Shown here: one piece after another, positions 1 to 13,835 of the stretch
Numbering within the stretch: the first letter of the stretch is position 1
Layout: every line of letters begins with the position of its first letter
Origin: Octopus vulgaris
Taxonomy: Eukaryota
DNA: 64,000 nt
Direction: 5' to 3'
Assembly: GCA_951406725.2 (NCBI GenBank)
Contig: OX597819.1
Span: 40,424,001-40,488,000 of the forward strand
Position numbers and translations under genes: made by a program
The notes under the pieces: generated by a model
The model's database searches: none
What the model was told of the DNA's origin: nothing
Seen by the model: the letters and a program-made list of their open reading frames with translations, nothing else

Positions 1-1400
1 GTATTACAAGGAAAAGGAGCCATGGTGGTGGAATGGAAGTGTGTACAGAGCCATAAAAGCTAAGATGTAGGAATGGAAAGATTGGAAGAAAATGGGAGAG
101 TCAGAAACAATATCAAGCAACCAGAAGAGAAGTAAGATGTCATATATACTTAGCAAAAAGAGATGCTGAAAATAAGAAGTTTGCCAATGTTCTGTGATAA
201 GAGGTTGAGAGATGTTGCAGATTGCAAAACAGTGTGCCAGTGCAGACCAAGACACTATTAGAGAAAAGTGAAAAGTGTATAGAATTGTAGCAGAGCACTT
301 GTCTTCACTAATGCAAAAAGAAAAGAAAATTAAAAGGAATTACAAAGATGCTGGTAGCAAAGTAAGAGTTAGCAATGAATTCAATGCGCCTTCACTAGTC
401 AATTAAGGTGAGACAGTGTCACGTGACAACTGCTGGGGCTGCCTGCTGGAGCCTAGCAGTGGGTATTTAAAGGGAAAAATTTGACAAGTCAGAAACTCGC
501 TGACGATACATCGAAGAGGCCAAGGAACAGAAGAAAGAAGACATGCACTCAACACCAGAGTTGAAGACACTTCCGAAAGGGGGGGGGGGCACGTCAAAAC
601 GGTTGAGGAGTAGGGGCCGAAACCAGATGTGGTTCCTCCTGATGATGTCTTGAGCTAACTGGATCCTATAAAGGAGCTGTTGTGGTAGCAGACCATGAAA
701 CACGGTTGTAATTCCTTAATAGTCTCAGTCCCATTTGGTTTATTATAGTTTTTCAGACAGTAATAGAAAGATTTAAAACTGGCTGCCTATGGAAACTTCC
801 ATATGCCAATGAATTAATTCTTATAACCAAATCTGTTGAATTAGAAAAGAAATTCTAGATATTAAAGTAAAGCTTAGAATCAAGAAGCCTCAAAGTAAAC
901 CTTGCAAATATAAGTTTTAGTTAATAAGAAGACAAAACTCTACAGCCATCTGGGAAATGGCCATGCTCAACATGCAGAAAAGCGGTGGGTGGGAATTACA
1001 TACCTACAGTGTAACCAATACAAACTATGGGTGCATAGCAGTGCAGAGGTATCACAGGAAAGCTGACAGAGAATAAGGACCTTGTATTCAATAAATGCAC
1101 AAAAGTAGTTTGCAGTATGATTTCCTTCAGATGCCTAGCAGGTTCCTTAGAATTCACATTTCCTGTTACCTACATGTGATGCAAATGGAAGAGGAGAGCT
1201 GGTTCCAAGTGGAAGCATCTTGCAGAATTGGAAGACTGAAGAAGACATGGGAAGAAGCAGTAAATGCTGATCTTAGGATACTGACCCTCAAGAAGGAGGT
1301 AAGATCAAATCGTGTAACAACTGGCAAGAGGCTGTACTGGGGAAGACCCATATAATCTGTGCAAGCAGGGAAAAAATGGAGAAATGATGACAAGAAAAGA
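1..1400 (+). mobile_element. Highly decayed RTE LINE fragments of the same family as 36667-38800, interrupted by an insertion at about 400-830
   Basis: Remnant translations KDAGSKVRVSNEF, LESRSLKVNLA, SGKWPCSTCRK and GRLKKTWEEAV match the intact copy. Confidence 0.7.
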
Positions 1401-4400
1401 AGATAACAATGTGAATTGTTTGTACACACACACACATCATTCTGCTTAAAAATGCCTTTATATCTACTCTTCAATCTTAGTATGCCTGCCAATATATTTA
1501 TCTGAATTATTTAAAATGACATTTTTTTTTAATTACTTAGTTCAGATAAGAGTAATAATACCACCCATGATGTATATAGACCATCCTAGACAGAAGAAGT
1601 AGGAAAGAAAATTGGATGAGATGAGTGTAGTTAATGATCAATTTGAATTACAACAAGCTTAATGGTCATTAAGGAATCATGATCAGGAAGAGAGTTTCTG
1701 ATCAACGTAGGAGCTCTAGGGAAGAAAGGAAACATTTTGTAAGGTTACAGAACAATGAGAAATGGTTAGTAGTTAAGTGCAGTTTGTGGTTGTGTAGTAA
1801 TGCAGATGATGATGATGGTAATCATCATCAACATTTTAACATCTACTTTCCAAGTCGGCATGGGTTGAGTAGGTTGTCAGAGTTCAAGTAAGTTCTTATT
1901 TGATGTTACTACTCTCTTAGTTTGGAGGACTGTGTCTCACCCTATATTTCAATGATATATTTTATGAAGCAGTATTTTTAAATAGGTGATAGAGAAGTGA
2001 GAGTGATCTAAGAGTAAATTGAGATGTTTCTTTTTGCATAACTCGGTCAAAGGAGGAAGGGCAGTGCCACAATCATTTATATGGTGTCCTGGAACAGGTG
2101 AGAGGACAAGAAGTTATTTTCAGACCAGCGATCTTGTAACAAATACTTGTAACAAACTAGACCTCTGCTAAAAGTGCTCAACTACCAGGTGCTGGTATTA
2201 AGCAAAATGACAGATTGTCTACAACTCAAATAGAAAGACTGATAAACATTACTGATTTCAAATTTTGACACAAGGCCAGCAATTTCAGGGAAGGAAGTAA
2301 GTCAATTACATCAACTTAGCATTCAACTGGTACTTATTTTATTGACCCTGAAAGGATAAAATGCAAAGCTGACCTCAGTGGAATTTGAACTCAGAACATG
2401 AAAACAGAAAAAATGCCACAAAGCATTTGCCCGGGGTGCTATTGATTCTGCCAGCTTGCTGTCTTAAACATCAAAAGAAAAGCACAAATGTTGGATCTAT
2501 GTTGGCAGAAGAACTAAAGATGAATATTCTGAAAGGCAGAAGAAATGAATTTCCACCAACAAAGTGGTCCAGATTTTGTTTTACATAAACAAGTGCAGAA
2601 AATTAAAACAAAGATTAACAGCATGGAAAAAAAATATTTTATAATAATTAAAGTTATTTAATTTCCAAAGCTGTTCTCTCCACTTTACACAGGTCAATTA
2701 GTTAGACAGACAAGTTAGTTTTATTGGAGTTAGTACCACAGCAACGTGACAGGGACATCAGGCAACAGAACTGGGTGTTACGTGAAGATGGACATTGGGG
2801 AATGAGTGTTAAATTCATGACAGTAAAGTCAGTTAAACTTTTTAATTTTTTTTTTAAATCCAGCATTTTATAGCACTGAGGGTGAACAGCAAAATGCCTT
2901 CAAAGAACACAAACATTTAGATGAGGCAACATAGGAAACTCTTTGGGTTGCTCTACTTGCCACAAATGCAGCCACATTTTTGGTTGAAGTTTTTACAACC
3001 AACTAAAATTAATTTATTTGCTTTACATTTGTTTTTCCAAGCTAGTATGGGTTAGACAAGTATATTATTGAAGCATTGTTTTACAACCAGATGCCTTTCC
3101 TATTACTAAACCTTACCAGTTTTAGAAAGAAGAGATCCCTGTGAAAGCAAAATGTAAACAAACACATATATACACACATGCTGCAAAACACACACACCCT
3201 AAAAACTGAGAGATGTGAAATAAATTGTTTTTGATAGTGAAACTTGAGATAGATAAAGCTATTATATATATATATCGTCATCATCATTTAATATCTGCTT
3301 TCCATGCTAGCATGGGTTGGACCATTTGACTGAGGTCTGCAAACCAGATGGCTGCACCAGGCTCCAATCTGATCTGGCAGAGTTTCTACAGCTGGATGCC
3401 CTTCCTAACGCCAACCACTCCGAGAGTGTAGTGGGTGCTTTAATGTGCCACCGGCATGAGGGCCAGTGAGGCGATACTGGCAACGGCCACACTCAAATAG
3501 TGCTTTTTATGTGCCACCTGCACAGGAGCCAGTCCAGCGGCACTGGCAACAACCTCGCTCGAATGTTTAAAAGCTTCTTTTAGTTTCAGTTTAAATCCAC
3601 TCACAAAACTCTGGTCAGACATTTACCCAAAGTGCTATGCAATGGGACCAAACCTAAAACTAATGGGAAGAAACTGGTACAATAGTAACAATAGTTCAAT
3701 AATATCATATTTATTCTTTTAAAATAAGTCTGAACACACCTTGCTACCATATAGTCAATGCAAGTGAATCAGTGTGTATTTAAATAAATTGCCTATTACT
3801 AATCTCTCTGCTTTATTTGAATTAATCCTTATCCACAAAACAGAGAATGCTCACCAGCAAAACAAATGAGCATTAGTCTAAAAAGAGCATCCTTACTGCT
3901 ATGCTCTGCAATGTAAAGTAATTCAAATAATCAATGCTCTGTATCAAATAATGCTTGTAGTCACAAAGCAGAGATTAACATAACTTTATCAAGTAAAGAT
4001 GGATCGAAGGTCTTTCCCATGACATAGGTCCATGAGGGCTCTTTCCTGGTTTCTGTGGTGTATATATTCCCCATTTGGAGGAATGCTTGTCTATCACAGG
4101 ATTACTTGTTTTTTTGCTAGCTGAGAAGACTGGGGCAATGTGAAATGAAGTATTGTGCTCAAGAACATACTACATCAACCGGTCCAGGAATAGAAACCAC
4201 AATCTTACAATCATGAGTGCAACACCCTAACCACTTAGCCACATGCTTTCACCATATAAAGATGACACTATGATAATTTGGAATCAATGGAAGGACAAAA
4301 TCTAGGACCATATCTAGATCAACCATGGGGAAATTGTAGCCTGTGGGACTTTCTGAATGGCACATCTAATGAAAAATTACCTTGAACTATTTTAAAAGTG

Positions 4401-5499
4401 AGGCCTGCCTGATGATGAACCAGGTCACATGCAACTCTTCACAAAAAAGGTTACCCGTGCTTGATCTAGACTATCAGTGAGCCAACTAGAGAGCCTCTAC
4501 AGGGTCAGATGGACAAGGAATAGTATCCATATCTTCAATTTGCACCCTAGTTTTAAGAAGGATGGACATATTAATAAGACAAACTGTCTCAAAGACAATA
4601 TGTACCAGTTTTATTTTCCTTATGGAAAGTAGTGACCAATATTTTGCTTATATGTCTGTCTAATTGCTGCTATAAATCCATTCTAATAAGAATTTGTGAT
4701 GCTGGTTACTTCTATGAAGTTATCATATGCCAAGAGGGTTTAATTAAATATTGACTTAAGTGGACTTATGAAAACTCTTCAAACTACATACTACAAAGTG
4801 GTTATAAGTGTCTAGAGTATTATTGTCCTAAATACTCACATACATTTTTAATAACATACTACAATATACATCCACTTAAATCGATACATCACCGTATGAA
4901 GCAGGTGTTTAAATAAAGAATTACTGTAGGTGGAAAATGATCAGGTTATAAATACAATTTGAAAGTGAACAAAAGTTGTTACTGTTGTACAATTACAACA
5001 ACAGAAATGACTTGCATGATGCCAACGCCATGGAGGGATCAATCCCAACAAGCTTTTTTTTGTTTGGTTTTGAAAGTAATAAATTAAATAATTAGTAGGA
5101 TGGTTGGTGCATGTTATGATACCCAATATAAGTTGACAAAAGGGAAGATCTATTATTATTATAATTAAGGTGGCAAGATGGCAGAATTCTTAGCATGCTG
5201 GATGAAGTGCATAGTGGTATTTTGCCTGTTCCAAGCCTTTCGCGTTTTGGGAGTCGATAAGTTAAGCACCACTGGAGTCAAAGTAATCAGCTAGTCCCCT
5301 CCCTCAAAATTTCAGGTCTTGTGCCTATAGTAGAAAGGATTATTATTATTCAAAATTTAACCACCACCAGTTAGAAGCTTTTGACATTACTAAAGCTGTG
5401 AGAGTATAATTTCGTCACTATTAAATAAATATCCCAACACAATTCTTTTTTAAAAATACAAAACACTATCTTTGTTGGGATTGTCATCTAATATTTTAA

Positions 5500-5718
5500 C
5501 CCTTTAGTATTTAAACCGACCATATCCGGCCAAAATATTTAATCTGTTTTATGTTCAAACTGACCAGATCCAGGCTCTCACACCTACCCTACAATGTTAA
5601 TCTACATTAAGTAATTACACCATCAAGCTCTTGACGATATGAGATAATGCATGATTAATTCAAATCAATATGAATCAATAAGTATTATGTTTGATAGAAT
5701 AATCAGAACACTAAAGGG
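5500..5718. mobile_element. TTAA-flanked piggyBac-type MITE; relatives at about 46695-46903 and 62966-63372
   Basis: TTAA|ccctttag ... ctaaaggg|TTAA. Confidence 0.8.
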
Positions 5719-7231
5719 TTAAAAACATACTCCAGGCTGTGAACCTTTCAGCTGTTACAATTCAGATATTGATTCCTTCATTATTATAAATTCACCACTG
5801 CCACAGATAACCTATGGGATTGCTGTAGAATTTATGTATACTGGAAAGCTTGTAAAAATAGACCAAGCTGGTTCCATATAGAATAGTCTCCAGTATCACA
5901 GCTATCTCCATCAAGATACATAACACTAGAAACAGATTGCCGTAAGAGCTTACTAGGGAGCTTCCATATTGTAACTGTGAACTGAGTGTGGAGAGCATTT
6001 TTAATAAACCACTCTATCTTTTGTTGAGGAATACTATGTTTGAAACTATTATTTGTTGAGACGTGTCAAGTTTATTGAGGCAACGTGACTTGCAGAAAAT
6101 AACAATATATTTTTTGGTAGATTTTTAACATTATTACAGGAATAAACATGAAATCTAATTTCACAGTTAAAGAGTTAAAATACAGATGGTATTTTAGGGA
6201 GAAATTTGGGCTAAAAATCCCCAACAAAAAACAGCCACAGCTTAGACTATATTAATCAAACAATGAAGGTAAGTTCACCTAGTGTGCCAAGATGTGTAAG
6301 ATGCTCTCAAAGATCTATTATTGTTATCTGTGGGAAGTGGCAGCTCAAAGGGAGCTGATATGCTGCACAAAGGAAGACTGGAAATAGGTCAGTTTCTACT
6401 ATTGTATAAATGTTATTTTTATTATATCTGAAGATCATTATGTTGCTTCAACCAACCTACAGATGTCCTGCTAGAGGAAAACAAATTTATCCCTTCTGTT
6501 ATAGTACAGTACAGAGAAACAGAACGTTATATATCTACATATATGCATCAGCGGTCGTTGCCAGTGCCATCGGACTGGCTCCTGTGCAGGCGGCATGTAA
6601 AATACACCATTTGAGTATGGCCATTGCCAGTACTGCCTAACTGGCCCTCGTGCCAGTGGCACGTAAAAGCACCCATTATACTCTAGGAGTAGCTGGCATT
6701 AGAAAGGGCATCCAACTGTAGAAACTCTGCCAGATCAAGATTGGAGCCTGGTGCAGCCATCTGGTTCGCCAGTCCTCAGTCAAATCTCCAACCCATGCTA
6801 GCATGGAAAGTGGACATTAAACTATGATGATGATGATGATGATGATGATAATGATACATATATATATTTCGAAACACACACACACACACACATATTCATA
6901 ATCCCATGAAGCAATATCGAATTTACCTATCGGAAGAATTACAGTTGGATTGTTCACCTTAAGCAATCCTTGGTGTTTCTTACTACTTGATGCGGTTAGC
7001 CATAACCTAGACTATACCTGAGAGTTATATTATGGTACCTGCCTGGATAATCTATTCCTATATACTCATCATGTGTGTGTGTGTATGTATATATATATCA
7101 TCATCATCATTTAAAATTCACTTTCTATGCTGGCATGGGTTAGATGATTTGACTGGAACTGGTAAGCCAGAGGGTGCACCAGGTTCCAGTCTGATATGGC
7201 ATGGTTTCTAAGGCTGGATGCCCTTCTTATG

Positions 7232-7276
<45 letters not shown>

Positions 7277-7858
7277 ATGTGCAAACGGGGGAAAAAGTAC
7301 AAAATACATGGAGTAATAGTTTGCTTATTCACTGGATTTATTCAAAGCTGATAATCCACTTGGTCACTACTCAGATTCTTGTTATGGCTGATCTGAAGAT
7401 AAATGGATCATACATTGCAAGAAACTGAGAAGTAACAGGTGTATGTCATCAGCTTTGAATATATGTCATAAAAACATAAGGAACTTAATTATAACGGAAC
7501 TATAAAATGAAGGGATAAATGAAACAAAAACCAATATAAACAGAATTGTTAAATTGCAATGCGATTGTCCAAACATATATAAATAGTGAATAAGTTTTGA
7601 GTCAAAATTTAACCCTTTTGTTACAGTATTCTATTGAAATATACTGCCTTTATTTCAATAAATTTTGCAAATAATGAAGAATTTAGTAAAATCACTTTAT
7701 CAGTATTAAGCTAGCATTTAGAACACAAACTAAAATGAAATTTGAACTATCAGGGCAGTCTCAGGTAGATTAGTATCAAAAAGGTTAAATTAAATCAGAA
7801 TAGACAAAATTTTGATAACTAAAAATGAAATTTTTTCTCTCATTATTTACAAAAATAA

Positions 7859-9007
7859 TCAACATACCGTTTTGTTAATTTTCTTTAAAGGGTTCCTAAG
7901 TTTTTTATTGATCTTCATTTTTTTTGGTGGAGAATTGTGATGGGGTGATTGAAGTTCTTGTGAAGTTGAATAATTGGCATTTGGACAGCAGCACTTCCTG
8001 TGCTTCTGACATGAGGAATGGTTACACAAGGAGTTATTACTATCACTTGAGGGTTGTTCTGGTTTGGTGCAGAAATTGTTAGAGCTAACAACACTGCCAT
8101 TGTTGTTACGGTCTCCAAGCTGATACTCAGAGTTCTCTTTCGACTGTTTATGGAGATCTTTCAATTTTTTTTCCAGACAAGCAGCTATATATTGCTGTTG
8201 TAGAATTTTAATGTCCTCTTCACTGCAGCTTGTAAGGGGTGAAGATGATGAAGAGAAGACAGAGTTTCCAACTGAATCTAGGGAATTAGCCAAGCGCTGG
8301 CGTAAAGGTGTAGATGGTAGTGAAGCTGGAAGCCTCTCATAAAAGGAGTCATCACCATTAAGTGCCCCTAGCCACTGAGATGATAAAGAGGAGGAGGAAG
8401 AAGAGGAGCAGGATAGTTGTGGTTCACTAGAATGATGCTGAAACCAATCAGTTTCTTTGTTCACCATTTGAGTAAATGCTGATAAATGTTCAAAAAAGAG
8501 ATCATTGTCATGATCAATAATTATAGATGGTAGATTAGCTACCATTTCTGCAGATGGCTCATCTAGTTCTGGTTTATCTTTAGAAAAGATTTTGCCAAAC
8601 AGCATAGAATCTTGAATAAGGATATTTTCCAGTAACATTTTTGTCTTGTAAAATTCTTTTCTTAGTCCCAACTTTTTAAAGCAATTTGATAAATATTTAT
8701 TTGCTAATTCTGTTTTAACCTCTCTTTGATCAGTCTCAGAGGATAAGGTTTCAGTTGATGATTCTGTTTGAGCAGATGATGTGGTCCACTTGTTGTAAGT
8801 TGAGCCAGGTACCTTTAAATGTGTTTTGCCAACGGAGGAGGAGTGTGCGTTGATAATATTCTTGTTGTTCCACCAGGTTTGAAAGAGTATCAGATGAGTG
8901 AGAACAGTGCCATAGCGGCTAATTAACAAAACTAAGGCAAGTGTTGTGTACACAAAAACAGCATGATTCCAAGATTCACAGACTAGCACCAGAACAGCAG
9001 TTAACAT
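7859..9007 (-). CDS. 382-aa protein of unknown function: hydrophobic N-terminal segment(s), Ser-rich low-complexity middle, Cys cluster, basic C-terminus
   Basis: Uninterrupted 1149-nt ORF in a window where non-repeat ORFs rarely exceed 100 aa, with no transposon motifs. A probable splice acceptor (ccttcctattgattAG, 9017-9016) lies 8 nt upstream of the ATG. Confidence 0.8.
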   Translation of the reverse strand: MLTAVLVLVCESWNHAVFVYTTLALVLLISRYGTVLTHLILFQTWWNNKNIINAHSSSVGKTHLKVPGSTYNKWTTSSAQTESSTETLSSETDQREVKTELANKYLSNCFKKLGLRKEFYKTKMLLENILIQDSMLFGKIFSKDKPELDEPSAEMVANLPSIIIDHDNDLFFEHLSAFTQMVNKETDWFQHHSSEPQLSCSSSSSSSLSSQWLGALNGDDSFYERLPASLPSTPLRQRLANSLDSVGNSVFSSSSSPLTSCSEEDIKILQQQYIAACLEKKLKDLHKQSKENSEYQLGDRNNNGSVVSSNNFCTKPEQPSSDSNNSLCNHSSCQKHRKCCCPNANYSTSQELQSPHHNSPPKKMKINKKLRNPLKKINKTVC

Positions 9008-10906
9008 TATCCAACCTAATCAATAGGAAGGTGGACGGAATGCATTTCAAATGACACGAAATTAGATGGTGACTACGACTACTAGACAACACTAAAAAGC
9101 GACAAGGTGCCATAAAAATATAATTTTATAAGGTGACAAATAATAAAAATGTACGTATAAATGGAGTGTCGGAGAAGGTCATCTAGACATTAATGTAAAC
9201 TAGTTTTGGGGTGCTTTGAAATTATGATCTACGATGACATTTCATTGAATAAGGAATATAAATTAATATATTAAAGTACATAAATAATGGCAGTGGCAAA
9301 TGTTAAAACGAATTCTAACGTTACGGAAGGATAAGTTATTTTAAATTATAGTGTCAATGTAATGTGAAAGTTAAATTTTACATGATGGAGGAAATGAGAA
9401 AGCTGGTTGTCGAGCGACGGATAAAATGTTGTTGACCAAGAATTTTAAATGAGGGGGAGAGAGAGAGCTAAAGGTAATAAATGTCTATAAATAGAAATGC
9501 AAGAATAGAATGGATTTCTAAAGACAGTGGAACGAAAATGGTGGAACGAAATAGCATAGAACAGATATTGATGTATGACCGGAATCCAAGGTAACTGGCG
9601 ATGGTCTATGTCGGCAAAAGTTAATATAACATTGAACCCCACCTGGAATTTTGAGTCCAAGGACACAGGGTGAACGGGTTCATTGGAAGGAGAATATAAA
9701 AGACACGAATAATACTACTACAGTAGTAATTGGTTGTATCAGTTCTATTACTACTAACGGTAATAGCAGCCAACCAAAACCAATCCTACTAGTAGAAGTG
9801 GCAATGAATGAATGAATGAAATGATTGTGTCTGCTACTACTAATGTATTTCGGTAACGAAGATGTTGTTATAGACGAAGATGATGACGACAGACAGTGAT
9901 AGTGTGGGTGGCAATGATGTTATTGGATAGCCGGCGGGGTATTGTCCACCACTTAGAGGGAAATAAATGTTTTCTTATTCAAACACAAATAACAACAATA
10001 ATCAATAAAAATATCAGAAAAGAGCGATATTCTGCTTGACTGAATATTAATACAAGATAGGGTCTTTTCGTGAAAGAGATCTTAAAATATGATATAACAT
10101 CACAGATGAGTGTATGTCTGTAAATTGCTCGAGATGTGAGGAAAAGAAAATGTTAATATTCTTAAAAAATATGTTCGTGTATTATTTTCGTCGATGGATC
10201 AAAACTATACATTAAATTGTAGAGAAGTCGCGAAACAAAACAGCAGCAACACACACGCACAATATGAAAAATCCTAGTTCTTTTGACAATTTGTTAACAA
10301 AATAAAGTTTAAAAAACAGAAAACGACGGGTAAATAATTCCGATGAAATAGTGAGAGGAAAATTTTCAAATGAATGAATTCCTCAAAAAGTCTTTTTTAA
10401 AGCGTAAGTATGTAGAAGCTGATATGTTGTGTCTTCCTCCAACTCGGCACAAATCCGATCTTCTGCCAAAAAAATTATGACCAAAGCAAAACTTCATATA
10501 ATAATCACACAGTAAAGCGATCTTGTATTTCTGTTGTCGTCTTCTGTTCTTAAAAGTATTAATTTCTGAGATATGTTTAATTAAACATACCAGGTCCAAA
10601 ATTATACATAAATTATCAGAAGTGTTTACAACAACAAGAATGTAAAAGAAAGTAGACAGTGTCCAAATGGTTTAGAGATGAAGAAAATCGGTAATTCCTC
10701 TAAGGATATATGTATTTATATTTATACAGTACATATATATCCAAATTCCGGAGCAAAATTAAATGTTTCGTTAGTTTTTTTTTTCTTTCCCGTTAGGATT
10801 GCTTTAAAATGTATGAATGTCCAACTTGTTTTCTTTCTGTCTTCTTGGTATTATGATAGAAATATATATATATATATATACATGTATGTACAAATATACA
10901 AGTCAC

Positions 10907-11330
10907 CGTTTGTAAATCAAGGAATCAGAAAACGCTCGGCGTGTCGAAAGCGACCGTGTGCCGAGTGAAAACTGATAAACGCAATGAAGGAAAGAGACAG
11001 ATAGAGAGAGACAGGCACTATAAGAAACAGAAAGAACGTGAATATGAGACAGATACAGAGAGATAGAGAGAGAGAACGGTGAAAGAGAAAGAGAGATTAG
11101 TGCATGAGTGTATGTGACTGATAGTGAGAGGGTGATCACACCATATGGATGATACTATTTCATGGCAAAGGGGTGAAGAGCATAGATGTATGTGGATCGA
11201 TGAGCAAGTTAGCAACATCTCAGCTGACTACTACAAGTCGGACACTCCAGTAAAGTGGAAATTTAACAGGATCTTCAAAACCAGACATAAGATAGTTCTG
11301 AACCACATTGCGCGCGCGCATGCGACATAC
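10907..11330 (-). promoter_or_regulatory. Probable promoter and non-coding first exon (about 10973-10907) of the 382-aa gene
   Basis: Locally CpG-rich stretch in a CpG-poor window. Initiator-like TCAGTT on the minus strand at 10975-10970, donor-like G|GTGACT at 10906-10901, a (GA)n tract upstream, and an NRF1-like GCGCATGCG at about 11315-11323. The 9-11 kb interval is nearly free of transposons. Confidence 0.5.
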
Positions 11331-11656
11331 CCACGCACACATTACATACTTGTATACTTTATATCAATACACCACGTACACAATTATTTTATTAGTTTCA
11401 GTTAATAGACTGCATGTTGGTTTCTGTCAAACTGCTAATTCTAGAAACCATAAAGGGGTAAAACAGACCTATATACGATGGGCTTCCATAGTTTCCTTGA
11501 CATCAACTTCCTCCCACAAAGTATTAGTCAATCTATGACTACAGAAGATGTTTGCCTGTTGGGCTGTACAGTGGGAACGAACCCAGAACCAGATGGTTGC
11601 AAAATGACTTTCTTAACATAACTACACTGACTATATATATGTATTTAGTACAATAC

Positions 11657-11687
<31 letters not shown>

Positions 11688-12519
11688 CTCTTTACTTATT
11701 TACTTGTTTCAGTCATTTGACTGTGGCTATGCTGGAGCATTGCCTTTAGTTGAGCAAATCCACCCCAGGACTTATTCTTTGTAAGCCTAGTACTTATTCT
11801 ATTGGTCTCTTTTGCTGAACTACTAAGTTTCAGAGACGTAAACACACCAGCATCAGTTGTCAAGCGATACTGGGGGTACAAATACAGACACACAAACACA
11901 CACATATATGTATATTATATATATATACATACACATACATACATACATACATACATACATACATACATACACATACATACACATATATATATATATATAT
12001 ATATATAGTAAAGTAAACAAGGTACAAGGCTCAGTAGTTAGAGCATCAAGCTTATAATCATAAGGTAGTGAGTTCAATTCCCAGACCAGGATGTGTGTTG
12101 TGTCCTTGAGAACACTTTATTTCACATTGCTCCAGTTCACTCAGCTGTTGAAATGAGTTGTGATGTCACTGGTGCCAAGCTGTATCAACCTTTGCCTTTC
12201 CCATGGATAACATCAGTGACATAGAGAGGGGAGGCTGGTATGCATGGGCGACTGCTGGTCTTCCATAAATACCTTGTCTATTTATTCTATTTTATTTTAT
12301 CTAGTTTCAGCTCACGAGCTGTGGCCATGCTGGGACACCACCATCTATATATTACTCTTTTACTGGTTTTAGTCATTTGACTGTGGCTATGCTGGAGCAC
12401 CGCCTTTAGTCAAGAAAATTAATGCATGTTTTTGGTAGGATTGCTTTGAGCTAGAGTGTGATGAAAGGAATCTTGTACATGTATGTATATGTAAATCTAT
12501 ATATATATATATATATATC

Positions 12520-12990
12520 AAAATCGAAATCAAATTCGATGACTGGCATTCGTGCTAGTGGAGTACTAAGAGTACCATACGAGCGTGATCGTTGCCAGAG
12601 CAACAAACTAGCCTCCGTGCCAATGACACATAAAAAGCACCATTCGAGCGTGAGCATTACCTGCGTCATCTAACTGGCACTTGTGCTGGTGGCACGTGAA
12701 AACAACATTCGAGCGAGGTTGTTGCCAGTGCCACTGGACTGTGCAGGTGGCACATAAAAAGCACCATTTGAGCATGGCCGCTGCCAGTACCACCTGACTG
12801 GCTCTCGTGCCAGTGGCACATAAAAGCACCCACTACACTCTTGGAGTGGTTGGCATTAGGAAGGGCATCCAGCTGTAAAAACTCTGCCAGATCAGATTGG
12901 AGTCTGGTGCAGCCATCTGGTTCGCCAGACCTCAGTCAAATTGTCCAACCCATGCTAACATGGAAAGCGGACGTCAAACGATGATGATGA
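12520..12990 (+). mobile_element. RTE 3'-UTR-derived repeat, representative copy; others at about 3275-3570(-), 6545-6855(+), 7097-7232(-), 23805-24130(+), 29823-30210(-), 30965-31372(+), 49760-49940(-), 57295-57745(-), 58590-58748(-)
   Basis: Shared cassette cccactacactc..gagtggttggc(g/a)ttaggaagggcatccagctgtag...ccaacccatgctagcatggaaagcggacgttaaac(GAT)n, matching the 3' UTR of the LINE at 38600-38800. Confidence 0.9.
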
Positions 12991-13797
12991 TATATATATA
13001 TTCTTTTATTTGTTTCAGTCATTTGACTGCGGCCTTGCTGGAGCACCACATATAACTATAGAAAAAAGTTTACATACACCTATACATACAGCTAGCTACA
13101 TGACTATAACTCATGTACACCTAATAATATTGGTGTTTTTTTTTTGCACATAATCTTTTGAAGAATTTATTACATGTACATTAAAAAATTTTTTTCTAAA
13201 TCACCATGTCATTATGTTAACCCAAGGCAAGCATGGGAAGAATTTCACCTCCTGGCATCAGGATTTCAATTTCAGGTGAAGCCTATTTCACTTCACCTAC
13301 AATGGTAATACCTCCAAAAAAGATATAAATATCATATAAACCACTGAGGGAACCTACATGATCTCTTCAAATGCTAGAAATAGCAACCAAATCTTTTTCA
13401 AATACCATATTATTGTCTTAGAAAACAAAGAAGGGAGATTGCTTATTGAATAATGCGGTCTTGATTGCACTGTGCCATTGGAACAACTGATATGATCACA
13501 GGTCTGCTGGATCAGGGATGACCTGGGACTAAACAACATGAATATCACGGGATCGTGTAAATGATATTACTTATTTAATATTTCCAATCTAGATAGCAAC
13601 AGTCTCGTGCTGGTTATATCACTAATGATCAAAGAACCATTAATATTCTTCCAATTAGAAACCACAATCAGGATCCGGTATCTCAGATGGACTGTCTTGT
13701 CTAGCTCCCCTCCTGTTAACAATGGACTGATCTACATAGATTGTATTAAATGAGATATGTAGATACTTAAGCCTTTGAATAATAGAAGAGTGGGAAG

Positions 13798-13835
<38 letters not shown>

